Assembly: GCA_010093605.1 (NCBI GenBank)
Contig: MU004184.1
Coordinates: 1,684,801-1,748,800 of the forward strand
Direction of reading: 5' to 3'
DNA: 64,000 nucleotides
Source of the DNA: Lophium mytilinum
Lineage: Eukaryota
Shown here: positions 35,488 through 47,001 of the stretch, in pieces
How the letters are laid out: each line of letters opens with the position of its first letter
How positions within the stretch are numbered: position 1 is the first letter of the stretch
The notes under the pieces: model-generated
Database searches by the model: none
Told to the model about the DNA's origin: nothing
The model's input: only the letters and a program-made list of their open reading frames with translations
Translations under genes and position numbers: made by a program

Positions 35488-36326
35488 TCAGTCCTGCCGT
35501 CCCTTTAGTAACCGCTTCGTGACCTTATCCTTCTCAATGATGTAGACATGTGCACCCCAGCCGGAGAGAGCGTCCCTATCGACGGCGTTGAGGAGGGCTT
35601 GCGAGACGGTTTCGAAGAGGTCTTCTGGGGCCTATATCAATGTATCAGCACTGCTCCCATCCCACAATTCAAAGCTTCTAAACAACTACCCCCAGATCCA
35701 TATGACTATAGATCCGGGGTCAGCTGAGGAAGTGAACTGAACATACCAGATCCGGCTCCCACAGCCCCTCACACGTTCCAAACAACTGATCACTCGCGGT
35801 GCCGCTCACAATAAAGTCCTTCGCAAAGTCAATGCACCCGATACTATCGAACCCGCAGATAAACGGCTTCCCCGTCGTGTGGTTGATCCCCGCGATCACC
35901 GGGCTAACGAAGTAGGGCCCGAAGCGCCGCTCGTACAGCGTGCTGCTGACTAGGTTCGCCATCGTCTGCGGCGAAATGGGCCGCTCCTCGCGCAGGCGGT
36001 ACATGTTGACCTTGTAGCGGAACAGGTCGCTGACGGTGGACACGTCGGTGGCGAGGCCCGTCAGCCCTAGGTACACGTCGCCGTAGGGGAAGATCTTGGG
36101 GAAGTTGTTGGAGACGGTGAGGGCTTGCATTCCGAGGCGCAGGTCGCAGGCGATCGCGACGCAGTCTTTACCGACCATGGCTACGCAGGCGCCGCCGTCT
36201 ATTAGGGGTCAGGATTTCGGAGTACTATGAGGGGTAAGGGAAGCGGACTTATGGAGAATGGGGAGCCCTGGAGCTTAGGTTAGCTGTGGTCATGGATGTG
36301 GAGCGGGGAGTTGAGGAGCTTACCAT
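35488..36326 (-). CDS. pup3: 20S proteasome subunit beta 3; exons 36326-36324, 36267-36249, 36198-35747, 35631-35488
   Basis: [23 protein letters not shown]...[10 protein letters not shown]...[10 protein letters not shown]...LKGRQD. Confidence 0.96.
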
Positions 36327-36591
36327 GGCTGCGGATTTTCGTCTAGAGTGTTGGTGGGAATGAATGCAAGCCTAGATACTGGGGTAAAGGCACACGCAAC
36401 AGAGGAGGAGTCGGAGCGTTGATGGTGGTCGTGAAGTTCGGTTGATGTTGTAGGTAGCAGTTCAATACGCGGCTGGGAGCTTCGAAACTAGCGCGGAAAT
36501 CCCGTGACCTCTATTTTTCTACCTTGAACGACATCGATTCCCCGTCTCCACGCTTCACGTCCGCACCCCGACGCCAATTGCCCCGCCCACG

Positions 36592-37234
36592 ATGGATATC
36601 CGCCCACAGCACGTCCAGCTCGCGACCGCGCTCCCGAAACGCCTCCTCGACTTCTTCAGGAAATATCCGCCGCCCGCGCTCACGCAGGGTCTGTCCGCCG
36701 CCGAGACGCACGCATCTGCACCCCCAGCCGCATCACTCGACACTCCTGCATTGGCATCGAGTACCTCCTCCGCAGACCCTAATGCCCCGACGATAGAAAC
36801 GCCTTCCGCCGCCCTCGCAGAACGCCCCTACCGCAACCCTTTCCAGCCAACTAAGAACTTTGCTACTGGCAAATGGAATTCCCCTGTCTTCGGGCTACGG
36901 CGGCAGGCTGATATTGTAAAGCTCGCACAGAAACATGGCGTGGTGGACTTACTTCCTTACACCATCAAGTTGCCTGGCGAACGGGAGAAGAGGAGGATAG
37001 AGCGTGGACTACGGGTTAAGGGGACGGGAGTGGGGGAGAGGGTCAAGGGAAAGGCGTGGGAGAGGACGTTGAAGGGAAGGTTGGAGGAGAGGAGGAATGC
37101 TATGTTGGCAATGCCGCAGATGATCGAGGACTGGAAGCAGGTATGTTTCCCTCGCACTGGAGATTTGGGGGAGCTGGAGGCTAATTGGTGCGCAGAGGGG
37201 TCACGGAAGGGGCTGGAAGAAGTGGCCGAAATAG
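36592..37234 (+). CDS. mrpl25: Mitochondrial 54S ribosomal protein mL59/L25; exons 36592-37140, 37196-37234
   Basis: LPKRLLDFFRKYPP, NPF.P.KN..TGKW..P...LRRQA, VKGKAWER...R..AM..MP.MI..WKQ-RGHGRGWKKWPK. Confidence 0.9.
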
Positions 37235-38267
37235 AGGGACCGGGTTACGAATATCGGGGGATCAAGATAGTGCTAAAGGGCTTCGTGCAGAAGTGCTGTT
37301 GTATTGTATGTATAAAGATGTGGTGCACGACTTTGCATGGGATTTGGAGTTGGAACACCATATTGGAGAATTCGCGAGACTTGTATCATATGTATACAAC
37401 ATGGAGTACATTCTCCGCCATACAAAAGTTTACAATTCGAAGTGACTTCAAATTCAGCATTAGTGTTGCCTAGGTAAGATGACCGAGGTACTTTTCAATT
37501 TGCGTTCGCATACGTTTTAGATATACTTTGTATCTTCAAGTACACGCTGGAGCACCCTCAGAAATACTAAGAGTTCATAGTAAGTGATAAAAATTGTATT
37601 TCAGCATGATACATATATTTGCAAAATTAACGTATCGTTGAAATATTGGGGACAATACCAACTAAGGGCACATATGGCCATGGCCATGTGTGGTACATGC
37701 TTATACTATGGCTAAATGGAATATCGAAGATCATTACGCCGAGTAGGTAGTAATCAATGTGCAATACTCCCAGAAGATGTTTGTCTTTGAACGTTTCCAA
37801 GGCGATGCTCCACATAGAGACTAGCGCAAGATTCATGCGAATCCCTATCTCTTGCCTTAGCTTTCTTCCATCTTTCTTCCAACAACCCTCCAACTTTGTC
37901 TTTCCCGCTCCTTGCCCGTAATGACCAAACAGAACTAGACTAATGGTGCAGAGGATTTCTACGGGCCGCTTTCAATCAGAGGATGCGCGAAGATGCAATA
38001 CTTAAGGTACCCGCAATTAGGACGTCCTCCCTTACCGTGGTAAGAGATGTCCTCAAACCGATGGTAACCATTGCACTGTTAATCATAATTTGGGACAATG
38101 ATTCGATTTTCGAAGTGTCTTAGGACCTTAACTCTTTAAAGCTTGCTAATTATGCTCGCACAATCGAACCTTTTTCTTCAAACCCTATTTCTTAGATACT
38201 CGCTCGCACTTCTTACCTTTGCCCGTTCACATTCATCAGATCATCGTTGTCTCCTCCCAAGCCTACC

Positions 38268-39107
38268 ATGTTTGACTCGTCTTGCGCCCTTTCGGACGCA
38301 TCCAAGACACAGCCAACTCATGAGCTCCAGAAAGCATCCCAGCCGCTAACGCTCGAACTTCCAGTGGCCTGGCACTTCTCAGAATGCCACATAACCTGGG
38401 ATCTAGCTCCGTCGGAGTCTGGATATCACTTCATCGATTGTAGACTCAATTATAAGACCATCTGGTTGGTAGATAGGATAAGTACAGCCAGACCTCAACA
38501 GTTTGTTGGATTTTCACGCACGTTTAACAACGAGTATTACATCAGTCTTGACATCAAGGCCGGTCCGGAACAGAAAAATCACGTTCGTACTATCGCCGTG
38601 AGACCTGGAGCATGGATCAACGACCCTAGCTTCCAAGAATCATTCTACCAACAAGTGGAGGCACTCGTCAAGGATCTACCGGATTTAATGGAGATTATAG
38701 TGATAGCTCCAAGCTGTGAAGATAGATCGTGCGCTCTTTCGTGTACACTCGCGTCTACCAGTGCTAGGCACAGGATTGAAAGTGCGCTACGAATGGACGA
38801 GGCGTATGGTATGCATCGCGAGCCTCGAAGGTCACGGATCTATCAGGTCGTCAAAGCGGACGGAAGTTCCAGAAGCTTACTTTTACGATTTGGTTTCGAG
38901 GAAAGGGAGGATGGGCTTGAGAACTGCCCATGTGACGCTTGGATTCAGGAGATGGAGGAGATTCTGAGTGATGAAATGGGAAGATGCGTCTCCCGTTATC
39001 GTTCTGCCGGCACAAGTCGACAATCTCTCAGACGTTTCAAACTAGCTACATCACTCCACGAAAAGATGACAGATGCCCCGGACGCTACTGCACGAAGACG
39101 GATATGA
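38268..39107 (+). CDS. Hypothetical (orphan-like) protein
   Basis: 279-aa intronless ORF from ATG 38268 with globular-like composition; no family recognised. Confidence 0.5.
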   Translation: MFDSSCALSDASKTQPTHELQKASQPLTLELPVAWHFSECHITWDLAPSESGYHFIDCRLNYKTIWLVDRISTARPQQFVGFSRTFNNEYYISLDIKAGPEQKNHVRTIAVRPGAWINDPSFQESFYQQVEALVKDLPDLMEIIVIAPSCEDRSCALSCTLASTSARHRIESALRMDEAYGMHREPRRSRIYQVVKADGSSRSLLLRFGFEEREDGLENCPCDAWIQEMEEILSDEMGRCVSRYRSAGTSRQSLRRFKLATSLHEKMTDAPDATARRRI

Positions 39108-39259
39108 GGGAAGATGGGTGCGTGGCAACGTAGCGCAGCCCAAGCGAAAACCACCAATAGGACTAGATTGGTGCCCGATTTCAGAACCCATCCTTCAAAA
39201 CACTCCCAACCAAGTTTACAACAAACTCACTCCTCAAAATCAGGTTTTTTATATTTAAA

Positions 39260-40408
39260 ATGGTCGAGTATCCTAGCCGCCGTACTGCTTATTCGCAAAG
39301 TTATGGCCGACCCTCGGAGGAAAGCCTGAACACACCTCAGAATCGTCCGCCGTACGCTCAAGGTTACAATGGCGGTTATTTCCCCTCTCCTTGCGAAGAC
39401 CCTCAAAGAAGCCTTGTGCAGCTCTCATGGAACTGTCGTCCTAGTTGGCCACCAATAGATACCTACCAGCCTCCCTTACCACCCGTCAATGTTCCTCCCG
39501 TCCAACCACCACTCCCACATCCTACGTACAATTACCAGCCACAGGATAGCTTGACAGTCCCACCTCCTCCCTCAGATGTATCTGGTGTGAGCCTTCCGCT
39601 AAATTCAGATATCCTAGCTGGCTTTGGAGACCAATATGATCCTCGGATTCCACCGCCTCTCTTACCACTCTTTCCCAGAAACTTCGAGAGACCACACGTA
39701 TCAGACTCTCGCCCAAATCCTCAAAACCAAATACCCAATAATGACCACCAGGATCCGAGGTACTAGCTTCCAATGGCCCCATTTCAAGACACTCGGCCTC
39801 CACTAGACCCGTATGAACAGCAGCTCCCATTGCGTGTTGACAACCCGTACCCGGTAAAGCAAGAGCCCTGGCCACCATACCGACATCGACATATCCCGCG
39901 ATCATCTTCGTCATCCGCAATACGTTCGACGACTCCCTCCACCCCGCCATCAAGACCCAGGAGTCGTCACTTCTCCTTCACACCCTCGTCATTCGATGAC
40001 GATAGATACAGCAGAGCTCCACGGCGACCCGGAGATCTTAGATCGCGATATAGGAACTCACTCGACCAAGGGCGTGTTGGTAGCCCAGCTAATTCGCAGT
40101 ATCGTCAAGACGGTGTTCCAACTAGCCGCTTCGAACCGCGGAATGTGTACCCTTCAAGGCCTCAGAATGAGGAGCCGAAAGGGGCTGGACAGCGTCTAAG
40201 GACACCGCCATATCATCGTTTTGAACAGTACCCCAACTTCCGACCGCCTCCGCCCCCGATTGATCGTTGTACGAGACCTGACCTAGATTTCCCTAAACCG
40301 TCCACGAGTAGTGAGTTGGAACGAACTAGGGACACGAGCGCGCAAAGCAATGAAAGACTGATGATAGAGGGGCGAGATTGGAAGAGACCAAGGCGGAATT
40401 GGAGGTGA
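39260..40408 (+). pseudogene. Pro/Ser/Arg-rich low-complexity ORF split by an in-frame TAG (39764-39766)
   Basis: ORFs 39260-39766 and 39773-40408 share frame and composition. Confidence 0.45.
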
Positions 40409-40697
40409 AATCCTCCTCAGGTGATAGTGGGCATGTTACTTCTTGTTCTTCCTTTGTTCTTAGCGTATTCAGAGACCAAAAGAGCATTCTTTCAGAATCG
40501 ATCTACTCTATTCGACATGAGATACAAAACCGTACGTGACAAGGTTCCGAATATTTTAAAAGAGTAGCTCGATTTTATGAGAATAGTTATTTATACAATA
40601 CATACTGTGCCTCTCCATCTCCTACTCAGTTCGCCTCTTCCCCTCTCAAGGTATCCTCGAATGGAGACCAGTGATACAATACCTGCGAAGAGTGCCA

Positions 40698-42008
40698 TCA
40701 TTGAGAACGCGTCTTAGATGTGCGGCTTGACCGTCTGTTAGCCTTGACTGCCACCATTAGTCGAGCATGCGCTTTTCCATCTTCGCCTCTGATGGAAGCC
40801 TCCATGCTATCCTGCGTGCCTTCGACGAGCATTCCCTGCGACAAGAACCCGTACGCGAAGATAAGCCGCCCGGGATCCTTTTGCTGAAGTTCCCGAACCT
40901 CCTTGTTCTTTGCCTCATACTGGTCGCTAAAGTAGATGAGCTGTTCTGCCTTTGGAGTTAGAATATCGACTCTTTCTAGGCTTTTAGGTCCAACGTCGGT
41001 GATTCTGTCGAACAGCCCATACCAAGTTACACACCCGACAGATTCCCGAGAATGCCCATAGCAGTTGTGTAATGATATGTGTTTTAGAGATCTCACGTGG
41101 GCAGTAAGAAATTGGATAAGCTCTTCGCAGATGAACGTCCATTCCAGGTGGACTGACTCAAGGTTTGGCATCTGGATGTTCGCTATTGGCAGTTTAGCCG
41201 ACCAGGCGCTCCTATTCCGACCTAGCATACCATTCCTAGAGGCGATGATGCTGAGCGTCCTGACGGAGTCGAGATGATTAAGGAAATAGACGGGAAGCCG
41301 GCTGACAAATATATGGTACCCCGGACTATGTACACTCCGTGCAACCCCATTAGAGTGCGGCAATCCCCCTAACAGAGAGATGCGAAAATGATATACAGTG
41401 CTGAGGAACTTGTGAAAGTCCGGGCTTGCGAATGTGGACACCCCCAGAGGAATTATGTCTTGGAGAAGGACTGTTTTGATGCCATGTGATTTGTTTTCAG
41501 AGAGTAATTTGTAGGCGTCAGCCATCAAACGCCTCCACGGCAGCTCCTTCTCCAGTCCGAGTGCCTCTTCGATTGGCTCATCGTCTCTCAAGATGTCCAT
41601 AAGAACGTCGACGAAGCTTTGTGCGTTGAATTGAACACTGAGTGTATCCAGTTTCGGAAACAGTTTGAGATTCCTTAGAATGCTTCGTACTGTCTTGGGA
41701 ATGAGGAGTCTGGTGGCGAAATATGAATACGGGCTGGTTCGCATCCCGAAGAGATGTGCTTTGAAGTCCAATCGTTTGACATATTGAGCAACGTGATTGT
41801 TTGCCGCTGCTAGAGCTAGGACAGCACTACTCTCGGTGTTATGGAGCGTGACGCTGTGGAACAGCTCCGGGGCCAGAAGTGACCGGAAACTCGAGCAGGT
41901 GCTGCTAAGGTTGATGACGACCTGCAGCCTATCGTCGTCCAGTTCCTGGAGATGCTCGATGATAAGAAGCTTCAGCTCCGTTGGGAGTGTTGTTAGTCGG
42001 CATTCCAT
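40698..42008 (-). CDS. F-box domain protein with LRR-like C-terminal region
   Basis: MECRLTTLPTELKLLIIEHL...INLSSTCSSFRSLLAPELFHSVTL is an F-box signature; FPKLDTLSV, MPNLESVHL, SLKHISL LRR-like repeats. Confidence 0.85.
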   Translation of the reverse strand: MECRLTTLPTELKLLIIEHLQELDDDRLQVVINLSSTCSSFRSLLAPELFHSVTLHNTESSAVLALAAANNHVAQYVKRLDFKAHLFGMRTSPYSYFATRLLIPKTVRSILRNLKLFPKLDTLSVQFNAQSFVDVLMDILRDDEPIEEALGLEKELPWRRLMADAYKLLSENKSHGIKTVLLQDIIPLGVSTFASPDFHKFLSTVYHFRISLLGGLPHSNGVARSVHSPGYHIFVSRLPVYFLNHLDSVRTLSIIASRNGMLGRNRSAWSAKLPIANIQMPNLESVHLEWTFICEELIQFLTAHVRSLKHISLHNCYGHSRESVGCVTWYGLFDRITDVGPKSLERVDILTPKAEQLIYFSDQYEAKNKEVRELQQKDPGRLIFAYGFLSQGMLVEGTQDSMEASIRGEDGKAHARLMVAVKANRRSSRTSKTRSQ

Positions 42009-42680
42009 GATGGTAGTCGAACGAAATAGATGGAATTCGAGTGCACACGTTGAAGAGTAAGGGGAATGGTACAAAGGTACGCACAGCGGAGTGGTTGATG
42101 CCTGCCTAGCCTGATTGAGACACGAGCGTGATCTCGACAGGAAAAGCTGCATAAGTCTATAGGTATAAGTGGGGACATAAGACGAATACTAGAGTCAATT
42201 GAAAAATGAAAACATGTCCCTCCTAGTTTGAGATAGCGGGAGGCATGATTGGACATTAGTCACGTGATATTTCCGATCTCAACACGGTTTAGCTTCCATT
42301 GACTCCAACGTCGACAGCAACTATGTATGTACTCACTCATCATATTCCAGAACATTCGAAAGGTCTTGAGGCAACAAGGTCTACTTCTGATCCCGATTTT
42401 GCCTCGCACTGCTACCTAGAATCAGCCTTCCTTCAGCCCTTCCAGGGGGTGCATGAATACGCCCAACGCCCCTCATGTCAACCAATGGACGCATGGCGTT
42501 ATGGATCAGTCCATGCGATACACGCTCCGAGGCACCTTAGTGCAGGGGGTAACCGGACTGGCCCCAAGATACTCCGTGCCGCCTATCCGTAGCCCTCTGA
42601 CCATGTATGCACGCTTCCTTCCCCTCAAAACGAAACTCCAACGTTGAGATGAATCACAATCAAGCCTGAAGACTTCTCTA

Positions 42681-44406
42681 ATGGCTGATCCTTTCACGAT
42701 CATCGGAACAGCTGGCGCTGTCGCCGGACTCATGGATGTGCTCGCAAAGAGTATCTCAGCCTTGCGTGATATGCACGAGAGATGGAAAGACGCAGACTTC
42801 ATGCTTCTCAATTTGGCCGCTCAACTCAGTGCTCTCAGAGCTGCCTTACGGGAAATCCAGACTTGGGTAGACTCAGAATCTGCCGAACCGCATCATCAAC
42901 TAGTCATGGATCTGGACTTCTCAATGGCCTGCTGCAAGATGCTGGTTGCGAAGATGGACAAGTCTATCTCGGATCTTCAAGTTACCGCGACTCACAACCT
43001 AGACTTTGGGAGTAAATATAAAAGTCGTGTTCGGGGACAAGACTATGGATAGTTTGCAAAAGATGATCGAGCGTCAGACGAATGCCTTGACGCTGCTTCT
43101 TTCGGCGTGTAATTGGTGAGAACTCTCTTCCATCTCGATGATCCAACTTAGATCGACAAGCACTACTTCAGCGGCTAATACGACAAAGCAACACCTCAAG
43201 AGAGCAGAAGATTCTTCTAGAGAAAACTACCTCTCGCAAAGTTCTGAAACAAGTTCGCGATGACACCTCATCGCTCTACGTTCTTTGCGACTCCTCCTCC
43301 GTTTCAAGCCGATACACAGACTGTCTATCGAAGATTTCTATTGTCTTCCAATTCGATCGTAAGCTCTTCGTGTCGAGAGTGTATGAGCGGGCACTCCGGG
43401 GCTCTCTAAAGGACGTGATGAGACAGCGGCAAATGTATCCGACCCAATCCAGAGTCAAAGAAGACTATCATTTCGTCTCCTTGGGCGGAAAATCCTGGGA
43501 AATGAAAGTGAGATTCGGAACGCAGATACAGGACAAGTATCAAACAAAATTCCCCAGAAATATGCTCTCCAACCGTCAATGGCATATAAGAATGTAAGTT
43601 TTTAGGCTCCTTAAAGCTCTAACAGATGGCTACCACGAGAACCCGACAACCACTAACCAGAAAATCAGTCAATGCATAGACTTGATAGCCAAAGAAATGC
43701 AGAACACGAACGTAAATATCGGAAAATTCACACCAAGATTGGCTACTGCAGTCAGTGCATTGTGTGAGGTCGAGGACTTCGAGGTCCAGGTGCCTTGGTT
43801 ACATGAGGCTGGCAATGTTGAGTGGACTCTTTAGTAGGTTTGCCTTATGTACTGAAGCTTGTAGCTTTTGACTGACCCATATGTTATAGCTTGCTTCAGG
43901 ACATTGAAAGGATCGCTCGACAACGTTATGCAACAGCTTTGTTGCAATATTCCCGGCTTGAATTGAACTTCAGCATCGATCTAAAACTAGCCAAGATGGA
44001 CTTTGTCGACTATTCACACGACATTTGCCATTGCTCAAGCTCAATTCTCTTCTTTGATCTTAGCTGCTACGATCAACCTGACATGTTTGGGGACCCCTTG
44101 TGGTTCGATTTGCCTTACAGTCAGGCGCGTTGTCACCTGCCGCTCCACACAATGGTCTTGCTTGGAAACATGGAGCTTTTCGAGAAGAAACTTCTTAGTA
44201 CGCCTATTTACGACTACTATCCGGATTATCAGGGTCTCGAGACCGCGGAAGCGGTCATAGAGTATTTCAAACAACGCTTTCGATTACCCGAGGGTGTGAG
44301 AAATCGAAAGATAGAATTTTATATCTACGATTGGTGGAGTACTCGGTCCCCGGACGCTATCATCAAGGGTATCGAGGCGAATCCAGACAACATGCGCTAC
44401 TGTTAG
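42681..44406 (+). pseudogene. Fungal STAND N-terminal (SesA/HeLo-like) domain fused to a degenerate G-protein alpha-like domain; frameshift at ~43017 and TAA at 43595-43597
   Basis: MADPFTIIGTAGAVAGL.. N-terminal helix; the reading frame continues (IKVVFGDK...QTNALTLLLSACN) only after removing one base at ~43017; introns ~43115-43188 and 43834-43889; C-terminal Y-LLQDIERI, ILFFDLSCYDQ, LFEKKL, DYYPDYQG, EYFKQRF match G-alpha C-terminal motifs. Confidence 0.72.
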
Positions 44407-45212
44407 CTAAGATGACGCCCAAAGAGAACCCAACATCTCGGCCTCCGAAACAGTTTCTTCCTCACCACGCTGAACACAATCTCCGCGAAACTGAACGCAC
44501 CAACAAGAAGGGGAATCAGCTGTCCCACAGATAATGTCTCATTGACTCCTGTAATCCCGTTCGCCTGCAAAAGATACTCCACTGCGACTATGGAGATGAA
44601 CATGATAGTAGTCGATGCGAAGAACAGTTCCACGGAGACTTTTTGCCGCCTAGGCTTGGGTGCTTCAGGGACTCCCGTATAGCGCCGAAAGAATGCTCTG
44701 GCAGTCAAAGCCATGAATACCGCACAAACGCACACTCCGACCACTGAAGCGACCTTGTTAAACGTCCGGAATCGACCAGAGATGGAGACTCGACCGAAGA
44801 ACGCGACCGTTTCGCAGCGCTGATCCTGAAGCGTCCCGTCCAGCCCGGTAAACCAGAACCAGCACGCATATCCAGCAACAGCCGTATACAACGCCACTCT
44901 ATACAGGCCAGAAAAGTGTCGAAGCGGATTCATTCCGCTGCCGCTCAGGCTGGAGAGGGCGCCAAAAATGAGCCAAATGGAGATGACGGGCTCGACAGGC
45001 TCGATCTGGTTCCGGCTTGTCAGGAGTATCAGTCCCATGAATACGGCCGACTGGATCAGGAGGTTGATGACGCGGAGGATCTCTTCGTCTTTTGGCTCGT
45101 AGAGGGTTGTCGTGAGGGTGGTGACCCATTGTAGGTAGAGACCGGTGCGGATGCCGATGCCGTAGAGGTCTGCGTTGCCCGTGAAGGCGCATGGCTGGGT
45201 CGAGGCCACCAT
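44403..45212 (-). CDS. Multi-pass (about 7 TM) fungal membrane protein, paralog A
   Basis: ATG 45212; CAFTGNADLYGIGIRTGLYLQW start, seven hydrophobic stretches, SVGQLIPLLVG near the end. Confidence 0.8.
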   Translation of the reverse strand: MVASTQPCAFTGNADLYGIGIRTGLYLQWVTTLTTTLYEPKDEEILRVINLLIQSAVFMGLILLTSRNQIEPVEPVISIWLIFGALSSLSGSGMNPLRHFSGLYRVALYTAVAGYACWFWFTGLDGTLQDQRCETVAFFGRVSISGRFRTFNKVASVVGVCVCAVFMALTARAFFRRYTGVPEAPKPRRQKVSVELFFASTTIMFISIVAVEYLLQANGITGVNETLSVGQLIPLLVGAFSFAEIVFSVVRKKLFRRPRCWVLFGRHLS

Positions 45213-45782
45213 TATGAAACCCAATAGATCGCTCGCAATGCTGCGAGTTTGGAAGATAGCCAAGCTTGGGCTTGACAACGGTACGGAAAGAGATGGTTTA
45301 TGGTGAGCAGTAAAGAAGTGAACCGAGACTTGTAATGGAACGCAGTGTTCAAAAGCCTGCAAGGCTGCACCATATACCCACTGTCATTTTTCAGCTCTTA
45401 GCGATTTTTCCCTTCGTCCGCCACATCGCAGTCTCTTGCCAGTTCCAGCCCTGTCCAGATGGTGTGTACAGCAACTAATAGGACGTTTCAATTGAGGAGA
45501 TGGGTTCGCCAAGAATAGGTGCTGGCGAATGGAGGGGGCTGAAGTATGTGATAGGCGCCGTGGCTGGCGAGCTGAACTCAGCCTTGCAGGGCAACCCACA
45601 TCACATCCAGACCACACAAGCCACAGAATCAATATATCGAACCACGATGCGACAAGGAGTAGCGAGGCCCTAACAGACTATAGCCAAGGCAATTTACAGC
45701 CTGGTCGACAACACTAATATTGCGCTGGACATTCTCATAATGAAGACACCTCCCGTCGTACTGCCCACAAATGCATTCAAAG

Positions 45783-46898
45783 ATGGATTACCACAGCGCC
45801 ATCTCTCAACGCGCTCCAGTATGTGGCTACGAAGGCAAAGCCGATCTCTACGGTCTCGGCGTCCGCCTTGGTCTTTACCTCCAACTCCTCGCCGCAACTC
45901 TCGTCGCTCAATGCCTTCCCGCCTCTCGCAACCGGCGCTTCTTCCGCATTGCGAGCGCAGCTCTAGGCGCATCTACCTTCATCGTCCTAGCTATGCAGGC
46001 CACCAAACGGCAGGTGTTTGGCGTCGAGGTCAACACCATTCTTTGGGTGCTCGGCTTACAATTGATGGGTACTGCAACCCCACCAAGCGTAATCTCGATT
46101 GATTTCCTTGCGCTCGCGAAGTCGACGGTGCTTTACTTTCCCCTGGCAATTTTCCAGCTGTGGTTCTTTTTCCATGGGTTGGATGTGCTACCGCGGACGG
46201 AGTGTCCGGATGAGTATGCTTTCTTCTTTGCAAAAGTTAGCCTATGGCATTGGTTCCGGAAGCTCTCGGAGGCTTTCAGTATCTTGATGATTCTCGGGTA
46301 TACGCTTTGTGAGTTTTTCTTTCTCATATTTTCGTATGTGGGCTGTGAGCTTGCAATTCTTGGGCTAATAACTTGCAGTCTTCGTCTTGATCTTCAGCGC
46401 GAGAAAGGCGTTCAGAGAAGCGGGCGAGGCTAACGCAGAGAGCCAAGCAGCGTCGAACAAGCATCCAGTAAGGCAATTCCTAGGAGCCATCATGTACTAC
46501 GGCTTCGCCAGCATTTTCACCATTATGCCGGCCGAGCTTACGATCAAATGGAACAAAGTGAGGGGAGTAAATAGGATTGATTCGGTGTCTCAACTTGTCC
46601 CTTTCGTCCTAGGGTTAGGGCAGCTTCTAGACGTCTTGTACCGGATTGCTAAGAAGGTAAACGGAGAAAATGTAGAAGAGGCAGAGGATCCAGACGATAC
46701 AGATACGAATAGTAAGTTCTCTGCAATTATCCCACGGAGCCTTCATGAACCAGTTTCCGGGCTAGCTCTAACCGCAAGTTCCCCTTAGGCCGCTGTCCAG
46801 TCCGTGATCGCCATAAATCAATCAGCAACTCATCGAAGGAGCCATCTGAGGCAGTGGAGGAAGAACATGAGCTTCTCGGCCGGCAGCCCAATGATTAG
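45783..46898 (+). CDS. Multi-pass (about 7 TM) fungal membrane protein, paralog B; exons 45783-46308, 46379-46711, 46789-46898
   Basis: CGYEGKADLYGLGVRLGLYLQL start, seven hydrophobic stretches, SVSQLVPFVLG; two phase-1 GT-AG introns keep the frame. Confidence 0.78.
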
Positions 46899-47001
46899 GT
46901 ATCGAAAGTAAACGACGAGGAAAGGAAGCCGTAATGGACACGGAACTACTTTTTGCCAGCGGAGAAACACCCCTCCGAAAGCCCGGCACTCAAGATCCGT
47001 G

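Noticed and set aside
43832..43837. Apparent TAGTAG nonsense codons in the G-alpha-like gene
   Set aside because: Explained by intron 43834-43889, which yields TAC (Tyr) in frame.
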